64,000 bases of DNA from assembly GCA_024704765.1 (NCBI GenBank), contig JAKMXF010000044.1, forward strand, positions 868,001 to 932,000, given 5' to 3'. This DNA is from Oopsacas minuta. Its lineage: Eukaryota; Animalia; Porifera. The notes beneath the pieces were generated by a model. That model saw only the letters and a program-made list of their open reading frames with translations, was not told where the DNA came from and searched no databases. Made by a program: the position numbers and the translations under genes. The first letter of the stretch is position 1; the number at the start of each line of letters is the position of its first letter. This document shows, one piece after another, positions 26,401-36,152 of the stretch.

Positions 26401-27105
26401 AAATCAGTCCTGTCTGGATTAGTCATATCAATAGGTGGAGTATCAGAGTCTGTGATTAGAGCAGCTAGCAGTTCTCTCCTAGAACAAATAAAAGAAGTAT
26501 CACAGGATCAGGAGTTATTGGATAGGTTTACAGTTAGTCTCACAGAAGTATACAATGATTGTATTAAGCAGCCGCGTCTACTTGTCCCCTTCCTCAAGCT
26601 GACAGACAGTCTTCTCACTAACGCATGCTTTGAGGAGTACAGAGGAGACCCAGGATCATTCCCAGACCAACTATTCACATATACTCAGTCCTGTACTAAG
26701 AAAACCAAGGATGTTAAACGAGTCTTAGCAAGTATAGATGTGTTCTGTGGTCTATTACAGTTTCAAGGTCAGGTGCAGACAAAAGTACTCTCTCATATGA
26801 TGGATCTACTCTGTCATCCAATATTTCCTAGAGCTAGGAAGATAGCTGCTGAACAACTATACCTTACACTGATTACCTACGAGGAGTTGATGTCACCTGA
26901 TGTAGTGGATGAAGTTAATCAGATTCTGAGTGATACTCTCTGGAATATATTAGAGGATAGAGACCTTACACAACCAAGAGACCGTCTGTGTGAACTATTT
27001 AACCTACCTATACCAGCTCCTCGTACACCAGCTAATGTTAAAGAAAGTGGAATACAGAAACCACAAGATTTTACTTTTAATGAATTTGTCCAGCGACCAT
27101 TTTAA
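23455..27105 (+). CDS. TBCD: Tubulin-specific chaperone D, intronless, 1216 aa
   Basis: RYQEQPGLLDSH, WRYQRGSRSL, DRDTIVRWSAAKGLGR, WHGGCLALAELARRG, GAHVRDAACFVCW, FDREVNCRKAASAAFQE, DNRGDIGAAVRE. Confidence 0.95.
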   Translation: MISSIMERYNTWEIPEDGSEDTTREKACLGSALDYCEEAGELIRLSENIPDLIQDELTAESFFERLIYVLNRYQEQPGLLDSHMEKLLTPCLIRLRNTPNLVPPAPYILYSCKFVFLLAKVRGTKSILRWFPHDVSDLEPILLALEQQDPNEFSTWEVRFTLLLWLAMVCIVPFDISRFDTSLQRVSTMDRILQIAKVYIDAQDKTREVTVLVIGRFLSRPDVAKARLDDYLEWSFVTLDKAINSSIGGLSTISGILLALSTLYKFSKREEIVTYSVTVLERIKSLNLFSNKHTIIRKLNSKVLQRCGLSFLRARPAAWRYQRGSRSLIQALDPDKYRAQQEANKSTADALSTELGPSGSEDEDYVPEAVEEVLELLLVGLSDRDTIVRWSAAKGLGRISSRLSQSNADDVVHTILEFFSIRQSDSGWHGGCLALAELARRGVLLPERLKEVVPLVLQGLVYDEKRGASSVGAHVRDAACFVCWAFARAYDPKLLQHYVNELAQSLVNVSLFDREVNCRKAASAAFQESVGRLGTFPQGLELVTIMDYHAVCNKNYTYKDLSIKIAQIDDYRHTIIDELYLRKLLHCDLVIRELSAHALGKLVPLDPNYFSDKVLLRLIPQTLAIDLQERHGVLLGIGFIVHALSQLDNERSIEIILGNKCVLQLQGIASNLESAKLYRGMGGKILRPAAMKFIEKLALSNLPTTSEVLDVWRASLDENLQEPDRATQERALEAFREVCSHCYQNLPANELANVLSNLLKNAFEQLKSTVHFARMGFSLALGVLPYSFYQADGNIDKIIHALISCTIHDDMNQAIFTEARRDAIVSIGNICNIVGIDREDNSVSAVTPKLLADIYSCLFEALKNYSIDNRGDIGAAVREASMHVLVALSQQVIKQQINLFQEDWCIDMLCGLIKQANERIDRVRLTASSSIITLIHKSAIDIPYIPHINELRKIFPQDPTQLINPSESFSITVKAIKLDTYRKSVLSGLVISIGGVSESVIRAASSSLLEQIKEVSQDQELLDRFTVSLTEVYNDCIKQPRLLVPFLKLTDSLLTNACFEEYRGDPGSFPDQLFTYTQSCTKKTKDVKRVLASIDVFCGLLQFQGQVQTKVLSHMMDLLCHPIFPRARKIAAEQLYLTLITYEELMSPDVVDEVNQILSDTLWNILEDRDLTQPRDRLCELFNLPIPAPRTPANVKESGIQKPQDFTFNEFVQRPF

Positions 27106-27897
27106 TTCTATAATTTAGTATGCTTTATTATATGATGATCTGAGATTTAGTTGTGTATGGTGATTTGTTATGGCTTATCAGTACCAATAAGGTATTAAGG
27201 GTTACCACAGCATCCAGCTAATTGGAAATAGGTGTAATAAACTGAAAGTACAATGTTAAACTAATGAAGTATAAAGCTGACAATTTGACATTCTAAATCA
27301 GAAGTCCTCAACCGGTGTGCCTCAGGCTCAGAACGTTTTTTAAGTGTGCCACCTCAATTACACTGACATATAGCAAATTTTTAATATACTTTCAAATGCT
27401 TAGTTTCTGGCCCACTGGACATAACATGTAAAGTAAACAAGAACTAATCCTTTAACACAAATATTTTCGAATACATGATATATTTCTATAAACTTTTAAA
27501 CACCGCGGGTTTACAAATGTTGAATTCACGCTTGACAAGCGTGCCTTGAAAAATATTGAAGAATATACTGTTCTAAATTCTAATATGTAGTACCTTATTG
27601 CATAATTTGAGAAAATCCAGTGCTAATTAAAATTACAAACACTCCTCCAGAACTCATTTTATGCATTTCTGCCTAATTGTAAACGATACAATCTGATTGG
27701 GCTATAATACAGAGGTGTCAAAAGGTGTGACAATATACACAGGAGAAATTTTTCAAATGTCAGGTACACAACTAGATGTCACTACGATGACACTTGCCAA
27801 ATTTGGTGTCTTAATCTCAAAGGTGTGAACAGCAGAGGGAAAACATATACGTACACTTATATATAGATATACTAAGTCAACCATTTTAGAACTGATA

Positions 27898-28379
27898 CAG
27901 TAAAACCTCCAAAAGGTGAACACCCTGCGGACCAGCAAAAAATGGTCACTTTTGAGAGGTGTTCACTTTTCATGACCGGAACAATTCAACTGACAATGAC
28001 CACAGATTTCTGAAAATGTTATTTATAGGACCTCCATGTTTACACAAATGTGTGAAAGCATTGTCCAGGCAAATATTTTGTCTCTTCTGCCCATTGTATG
28101 ACGAAGCCTCTAGTATATTGTGAAGCCACATCATCAAACATCCCTGCTTTCACAACTAGTGTGATAACAAAGCTGACAGCCTAGTTAAAAATCTGGCAGA
28201 AAAACCGGTGTTCACTTTTAAGAGGTCATATCCTATGTAATTTAGACATTTGGGACCAAATTAAGTGTTCACATTTCACTTTTCAGAGGTGTTCACATCC
28301 TAAAGGGGTGACCACTATGTAAAACTATGGGAGTAATTTGGACCGAGAAAAAGTGTTTATATTTTTGGAGGTTTTACTG
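27898..28379. mobile_element. TA-flanked MITE, 482 bp, with internal GGTGTTCACTTTT repeats
   Basis: TA|CAGTAAAACCTCCAAAA ... TTTTGGAGGTTTTACTG|TA. Confidence 0.9.
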
Positions 28380-28476
28380 TACTATTTGATAGTATCAGTC
28401 GGCATAGTAAAAATATAAAATTACAACCTGTGCCGACAGCTTAGTCTATTAATTGAATTTGTTTAAAAAGTGGCAC

Positions 28477-28541
28477 TATTAATTGGAGACACTATGTGCA
28501 TTGGGATTAAACCTCAATACACATAATGCCTCCAATTAATA
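28477..28541 (-). other. 65-nt hairpin (29-bp stem)
   Basis: TATTAATTGGAGACACTATGTG pairs with CACATAATGCCTCCAATTAATA. The three A.C mismatches on + become G.U pairs on -. Confidence 0.75.
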
Positions 28542-28633
28542 TTAAAATTGGAGTCACCTGAAAAATTGTTTATTTTATTTATGCACAATAACAATTATAC
28601 AGCATTATCATGCTGTATAATTGTTTATAGTAA

Positions 28634-28780
28634 TATCGAGAATTACGACAAGAAACTACTGAGTGTTCGTATTCTAAATTACAGACAGCAGTTTTTGCAG
28701 CGAATACTAGTTACAAGTTGTCGACTGGGTATACTCCTTTCCGAGCAATGTTCGGGAGGGAATGCGATTCGGAAAACCTA
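28634..28780 (+). mobile_element. Gypsy/Ginger-type integrase remnant (not in ORF track)
   Basis: An ATG-less frame reads SKLQTAVFAANTSYKLSTGYTPFRAMFGRE, the typical post-catalytic motif L..V.FAYNT...STG.TPF..MFGR. Confidence 0.55.
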
Positions 28781-29720
28781 AAAATAGCTTCTCTTATTAG
28801 GGACCGTTTGTTCGGAAAGCTTATCAAAAGTGCTTCGATTAAGCAAAGACGTATGCAACACATTATTATCCCTTGATTTTAGAAACTCAAGTTACCAGAT
28901 ATGCTCCTCCTTTGGTCAATTGAAGTGTTTTCCTCATCACCAGAGACTTCCAGAAAAGCGTTCGAATACACATACATAATTTTAGTTCCATTAGTAAGTA
29001 TGACATACATTATTGTGTGTAACTTTTGAATAATTTCTATACTAGTTTAGATCTGAGTAACAATTATTATTTCGGGAGTCCGACATCTCGCTATTTTTAA
29101 TTAAATTATTCCCCTTAAATATTATAAAATCAATCCTTATGGTATCCTAGTTGTAGTTTAGATTAATTATTGTAAAGCCGTTCAAAGTATTGCGTCTAAA
29201 TTCATTGAGTCATAGCATTCTATACACTAAGGCAATGGTGCTGATTATTGGACTTGGACCAGGGATTGGGTAAGTCAGTCATTTTATTTATATGTCAAAA
29301 TGTCATTACAAATGTAAATGTGCCTAAGTTTATCTGTGAATAAAAGAATTAATTACCCACTACCTTTCTAATAACTTATAGAGTGTTAGGATCTATTTTA
29401 ATGTATTTATATATGTAACAATAATAATAATAACAGAGAACGATAATCAACAGAATACGTATATAAGGTAAGAATGAATAAACATAGAAGTATAATAATT
29501 CTTTAGTAGAAGGGAGAAATTAATCAAGAGTATATATATGATGAGAGGGGTATATCTTGTGACTTCATGCGTCTTTGAAGATTATTGCATCTGCGGCTGG
29601 CTGTATTGTAGCTGTTAATAATGGGCACCTAGTCTTGAGAGGGTTGAGATTTCAGTAAAAATAATGGTAGATAATAGATATTGTAGTTGATGTTGGAGTT
29701 TATCTAATAGAATACAAGAA

Positions 29721-32160
29721 TTATGAACTGAATTTTTGAAGTTTGCTATTATCCCGCCCAATAACGAGTGAATTAACGTTTCTAACCTTCTTTGATAAAA
29801 TGCAATTAGCCACGGTAGTATAAATCCTTTTAAGAATTTCCCATTTCGGAACCTTACAAACGCACCATTGTCTCCATATTTTACTATACTTTTCCTCAAC
29901 AACAAATAAAGACAATTGAACCAATTTGCCACGGCAGGCTCCCTGATAGAATAGGGTACTTAAATTTGAATGGTTATCAATTTTCAGAAATATTTCATAC
30001 ATTATCATGAGTGCTTGGTAGACTAATTCAGATGGATATTTCAATGATCCTCTATCAAGTAATTCAATCATTGAAAATCCTGTATCGTTCAAAACCTGAA
30101 TATCTTTTGGAGGTGTTAAAATTATGGCAGTCTCGACAGTCTGTAGATTTGTTGAGGTAGGAAAAAATTGCATAACCAGCCGCATAATTTAGGCATTCAA
30201 TTTGTGAAGTATTAAATACAGGGTCTGCAATATTATTTAGCTCATTCGTTACATACTCAATATCAAACTCAATGTGTGTTTGTTCATTGTCATCCTCAGC
30301 AAAATTTTTCAAATATTCCTTAAGAGATATATTATCGGATTGTTGTTTAATGTAAAGAAATTTGAGAGGGTTAGATAATTGCAGTCGATGTTCACTTTCC
30401 AGAATTTGACAGTAAGATATTTATAATTTGAACCAGACATTTGACGATATAGCCCGAAATGGTGTTCTAATGGATCATTTTGTATCCGAGTTGTTAGCAA
30501 ATATTCAAAACCGCATTCAAGGGTCAATCTTTGCACTAACAGAGGGAGGGCAATACAAGTATTTCTAAAACTAGTGAATGTTTGCGGTGTAAGCTTCCCT
30601 CTAGATGTAGGAATGGATTTCCAACAATCTAGCCATTTTACTACGTCGTCCAAATATGATAACCTCGGATCGTTTAAGTGAAGCGGAGCAAAATTTGGAT
30701 TGTTGAAGCGGATATCTTTTCCGACCCAATTAACATTGAATATGTCCCAGATTTTAGTTATCAAAAGTATAAAATTGACTGTATGGCGTTAATCGTTTGT
30801 ATTTTCCTTATAGAAACTTGAGAGTCCCACAGCTGTAGATTCATGAAAGATCTTAAGAGCTAAACCTACATTTTGTCGCTCTAAATGGGATGGCCAACAT
30901 GCTTTCGATGTTAGTTTCGGGGCTCTCTTAATGATGGAATATTTGTCAGCTTTATATAAGGTCCTGAGGTCGTGAAATGCTGCACAACAAATTGGAGGGA
31001 ACTTTGACTTTGTCATTTCCTTAGGATTCAAATTAAGATTAGAAACAGGAATAGAAACCTTAAGTTGGGTAGATGGTATGATTACTGGTTGTGTCATCTC
31101 ATTGGTACAAGTCTCAAAATCGGGATAGATAAAAGTTTATTAAAATCTTTCAAATTTAACCAGTTATTGCGAATCGATTTCATAATGTGAACAGTATCAC
31201 AAAATAAGATAAGGTTACGAGATCGGTTACATGGGTGTACAACTCGAGGTTGTAGTACTTTCCCGTCAGATGAAAAGAGTTTAAATAGACTCATATTTAA
31301 CGGATAATTATCGGTACATAATGCTTCTACAAATAGATCACAATTCTCAATATCATCAATCGTTTTTATAATAATCGGATATAAATAAGCCGCGGAGGAA
31401 GATCCTAACGGAATTAGACGAACAATGGTAGGAAACTTTTTACCAAGACTGGAAATCATCATAGAAAACACAGTTGTAGGTGGGTCACTTGGATTGTCAA
31501 TGGCCCCTAAAACTTTACCTCCTTTATAAGATGCATCACTTCGAATGTGAACTTCATCCATTTGAAGTATAACATGGCGCTCCCTATTGATAAATTTGGA
31601 AGTTGTTTCTTTTAGAATTTTAAAGTAATCACCTTCAATACCAGTGTTTTTAATACTAATCAAATTTCTCTCATGTGGCAATATTAAACAATTGGACGAT
31701 TGAATAAGTTGGTAACAAGCAGGTGATATTCCATGTATTTTTAATGAAAATACCTGTGTTAATATGTTATACCGCCGGCGACTTTCAGAATTTATCAAAT
31801 TTCTGAGTTTCCCAACTAAAAAGTGGAATGAAATACTCAATTATTCACTACTGTGATATGAATTATCTATGTCTAGGTCTAGCGAGTCACCATCAACATG
31901 GTTAATTGTACTCTCGAGTTCACGGATAGCAAGTTGTTTATGGTTGTTAATAGAACATTCTGTTTGAGAGCTATTAGTTGGGAGCACTAGTGAAATTTTA
32001 TCAACCTCATCGAGGATAGCCTCAACATGGCGAGTGTCATTAATAGAAATTCGGGAGAGAGGTATTGTGAGGTGTTTATTATCAAACGCTTGGATAAATA
32101 AATCATCGTTAACTAATACGAATCGATGAATGAAAGGTCCGGTTTCTGAAATAATTAGTT
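29721..32160 (-). mobile_element. Degraded P-element/THAP9-type transposase, 5'-truncated, multiple frameshifts
   Basis: LQMDEVHIR, ALCTDNYPLN, FCDTVHIMKSIRNNW, ERQNVGLALKIF, TTRIQNDPLEHHFGLYRQMSG, CLNYAAGY and DRGSLKYPS across successive ORFs. Confidence 0.85.
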
Positions 32161-32457
32161 TGATATAAAGGGTTGTTATCGGATACTTTAGCTATCCAGC
32201 CGTTTCGTAGGTCGATTAAATTAAGCTTAGCGTGACCTACGTAATATAAGGCCTGACTGTTCATTGGGACCATGGATTACTTAAAGTGCATACATTGAAT
32301 ATGATATGTTGAGATTAATACCATTGTTTTGACAATATTCGTACCAAATGGTAGATAGAAGGTAATCATATTCTACACTACAACAACAAAAATTGTATAA
32401 ATAAAGAAATAAGAAATGCTAGGGCAACAAAGAGACTGCCAACAGCAAAATCACTAA

Positions 32458-33951
32458 TTATTTTGATTTGAATTTGGTGTATTTACGAGAGTTATGCGAG
32501 CTTTCAGTTAATGTCCTTTTCAACGAATTCATGTTCTTCACTTTGTTAGCTAGGATACAGTTGGTTGCTGAAAAAATAATCTTCTTTAAGATATTCCATC
32601 CTATTGTGTCACAAGTAGGGCATTTGTTTCTCCAAATCTCAGTTTCATTACTCTCGATTACATTTAATGTTAAGGAAAACTTCCGAGATGGACTTGTTAT
32701 AAGAGATTGAAGAGACTAGAATCCATTTCGATCCTGGAGTAGACCTTCCACAAAATTACAACTGCTTCAAGTACTGGAGCTGAAGGCCACTTAAGGCCTC
32801 CTCTGTCAATCGAACATATTAAACCATAGACGGGATCAGTTATATCTAATTCGAAAGTATCTTCCTCAACAAGACTTGACAAACACTGAGAGCAAATACT
32901 GCTCACTTCTTCCGTATCTCTTACGCCAGAAGAGTGAGTAATACCTCGCTTAGAATAGAAAGCGCTTTTGAAGATGGAATGAACACAATAACCGGCAATA
33001 AAGCTAAAGATTGAATGAGAGAAGTATCGAGTACGATTGGTTTCTCCTCTTCATTGAACACTCTGTTATCGGGGTCCAAATCGACTATATTGTCATCGCT
33101 AGATTCTTCAGAGATTGAAAATGACTTTAAAAATTCTTTTAATGAGATTGAGCTCTCACCCAGAGTACTAGAGGAGAACAACTTCAGAATTGCAGAAATC
33201 TTAATTAGTCTCTCACTTTGCAAAACTTGGCAATCTTCGAAATCGTACTTTCAATGTTTTCAACAGGGTCCTTAGTGTATGCAGAAACCTCGCTGATGAT
33301 GGTATCGATTCCTCGAATATCACTGAGATTGTGTATTATGAGAGGAATTTGAATGTTTTGACAGAAGCCTGTAGGTGTTAAGGAGTCATTAATTGAAACA
33401 TATGCTTGTATATATATATGTTTGTCTTTTGACAGCTTTAGCAAGTTAATAGACGTGTCATCTGAAAACCATTTAACCCAAGAAGGTAGTTCTAATTCTT
33501 CGAGTTTACATTTTAGCTCTCCTAATGATTTGACACCGAACTTATTATCCTCAGCTTTATGAAGATCAAGGCTCTGTTCTAAGGCTTGAAAGAACAATTT
33601 ACTCTCAATCTTCCCACGATCTAAACGTTCAGGCTTCGGGGATGGTGAGCTAAGATACTTGGGACAACTGGGAAGAAGACAAGGTATAGCGTTCTTATGT
33701 AGAATTGGTCGCCGAGAAATTTTTTGTAATGAGCCATCAGGTTTAGGCATATCCATTTCAGTGGTGACATCTTCGGTACGAAAGTGATTAGAACAAACAA
33801 ATACGTTTTTTAGATCTTCAATATCCTCCCTGTGCAGAGCGCGTAGCCATTTTTCTCTAAGTTCAGAGTTTGAGGGTAATCTGAATACTGGTGTATATGG
33901 CTCCCCTGAATAATTACTCCGGTATCCAGGTGCAGAGCAAGTGTTAGGCAT
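32458..33951 (-). mobile_element. Internally deleted P-element/THAP9-type copy (THAP N-terminus joined to C-terminal third)
   Basis: THAP motif MPNTCSAPGY...FRLP...REKWLRAL...VCSNHF. ORFs 33223 and 32906 and an unannotated frame (WNILKKIIFSATNCILANKV, stop 32458) parallel the C-terminus of the 29721 copy. The catalytic core is absent. Confidence 0.75.
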
Positions 33952-34349
33952 AAGACTAATCAGTAATGAAACAGAATTGCAGAATAAGATAAAATTCTAA
34001 ATAACGAAAGACTTGGGAACATAATCTCGGGCTAATTATATATATGTTACACGCAAATCGTGAAATTGTCCATTTCATTGAATAGATATTTGGTTACTCA
34101 TTTCATGTAATGGTCTTTCAAATTATTGCACACTTCATGAAATGTGCAATGCTGTTGTCTTAGTAACATGTTATTCGTAAATAATCAATTTTCAACACCA
34201 ATTATGATTACACTCTTCCTTATTGAATATAATGTTGTCCTAATAACACGTAGTTATGAGTGCATATCAAAGCATTCTTCATTTATAAATGATCTCAATT
34301 CGGGAACATCAATGCTTTCGTTTTTCTTTTTGGTGAATTAATCATAGAT

Positions 34350-36045
34350 ATGGAGGAGATAGTGGCAGAAAATCAAACTCTATGGGATAAGAATTATGAA
34401 AAATACGTCGTCGATGTCTTGAGACGTGGAAAAACGGGAAAATCTCTTCCAAGAGAATGTTACAATATATTGAATGTTTATTCCTTAGTATCTATTGGAT
34501 CTGTTGCTAAGGTTACTAAGCGGAATGGAAAATGCATGGCAACAAAAGAGGAAGTTATTAATATAATATTTTCTATGCATATCGCAACAGGCCATGGAGG
34601 TGAAAAGATACAAGATAAATTTGCCAATATCCTGCGTTACCTTGTCCAGGAATATATAAAACGTTGCAAAAGATGTGCAGAGAAGAGAGCAAGACGAGAG
34701 ACTGCTTCTGGCGTAGTTATACGTCCTCTAACAGTGAAAGACTTAAATGAACGTGGCCAGGTGGATCTTGTTAATATGCAAACAATCCAAGATGGTAATT
34801 TCAGATTTATATTACATTACATGGAATATCTAACAAAATTCCATGTTATTCGTCCTCTACAAAGAAAAACAGCTACAGAGGTTGCAAATCAATTGCTTTT
34901 GATTTTCCTAGACTTTGGTGCACCAAATATCTTACAATCAGATAATGGTCGTGAATTTACGGAACAAGTGATTCAAGAACTTTCAACTCTCTGGCCAGAA
35001 CTTTTTCTTGTGAATGGACGTCCACGTCATCCCCAAAGTCAAGGATCAGTCGAGCGGAGCAATGGTGACATGAAGACTCAATTGATGGCTTGGATGCGAG
35101 ATAATAATACATCCAAATGGAGCTATGGGATCCGTTTTGTGCAATGGTCTATGAACACTTCATATCATGAAGCAATAGGAATTCTACCAACAGATTTTCT
35201 CGATAAAATATTTACAGGTATATTGGAGGAAGATCTTGAAATTCAAATCTGTGAAGTTGAAAACGGAGATGTTAATTCTAATAATCCAGAAACTATAGTT
35301 TCACCTGGTAATGACAATCCTGATGCTGAAAGTAATCATCTACCCCCCTCAATGGCAGAATCTTCACTGGACAATGAAAGAACTCATCTACTCCCAATGG
35401 CAGAATTTTCCTGGAGAATGAAAGTACTCGTATATTTCCATGTACCACAACTCCACTAGGTAATGACAGTGCTGAAGAGATTCTTAATGATTTAATAGGA
35501 GGAAAAGATCCAGAATTGCATCATACAAATGTTTCTAATTCTCTACTCTTGGACTTTAGAGGAAATGATAGCCATCCGGCAAGACGTGCACGAATAGAAG
35601 CTTGCAAAGGTATCCAAAAACAAGCCAAAAAATGATTGCACGCAGTACTCGCACCCTGCGTCCTCTTTGTATCGGTGATAGCGTTGCTGTGCCTGTATCC
35701 CAGTTTGATCGAAGCAAAGGTGATCCACCAAATATAATTGGGATTGTTTTGGAATTTGATCAGAGTGGTTATCAAATAGGAACTAGGACTGCAAAAATAA
35801 GAGGCCGACTTGCAAGAAATCAAGTTGAATTTATCAAATTTACTGGACTGAATTCGGAACACATACCAGATGAAGAATTATCGATTCGCGAAATTGTTCG
35901 AGCACAGAGCATATGTGGTGGTCAGGGATTTCGCAGATGTCATTGCAAGAGCAATTGTTTAACAAAACGTTGCTCTTGTTTAAAGGCAGGGCTAATATGC
36001 AACAGTGCTTGTCATGGGAAAGGATCATGTGACAACATAGATTAG
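34350..36045 (+). mobile_element. KRBA2/SCAND3-like (Ginger2-type) rve integrase, frameshifted
   Basis: HHCC (HIATGHGG...CKRC), QVDL, LQSDNGREF and PQSQGSVERSN. The C-terminal ORF 35602 ends in CHCKSNCLTKRCSCLKAGLICNSACH. Confidence 0.8.
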
Positions 36046-36152
36046 TACGTATTGAAAACAGACTAAGTTGTTTCTCAAGTTATTTCCTAAATATTTTCTC
36101 ACTTCTCATTCATATAATTTGTTTTCTCATCATGTTTCCTCATAGAATTATA

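Noticed and set aside
27930-28310. Recurrent GGTGTTCACTTTT motifs that could suggest a CRISPR-like array
   Set aside because: Spacing is irregular, they lie inside a TIR/TA-bounded MITE, the context is eukaryotic and there are no cas genes.
32200-32260. Short inverted repeat CGTAGGTC/GACCTACG as a P-element TIR
   Set aside because: It is only 8 bp, and no matching partner or 7-8 bp TSD was found near 34000.
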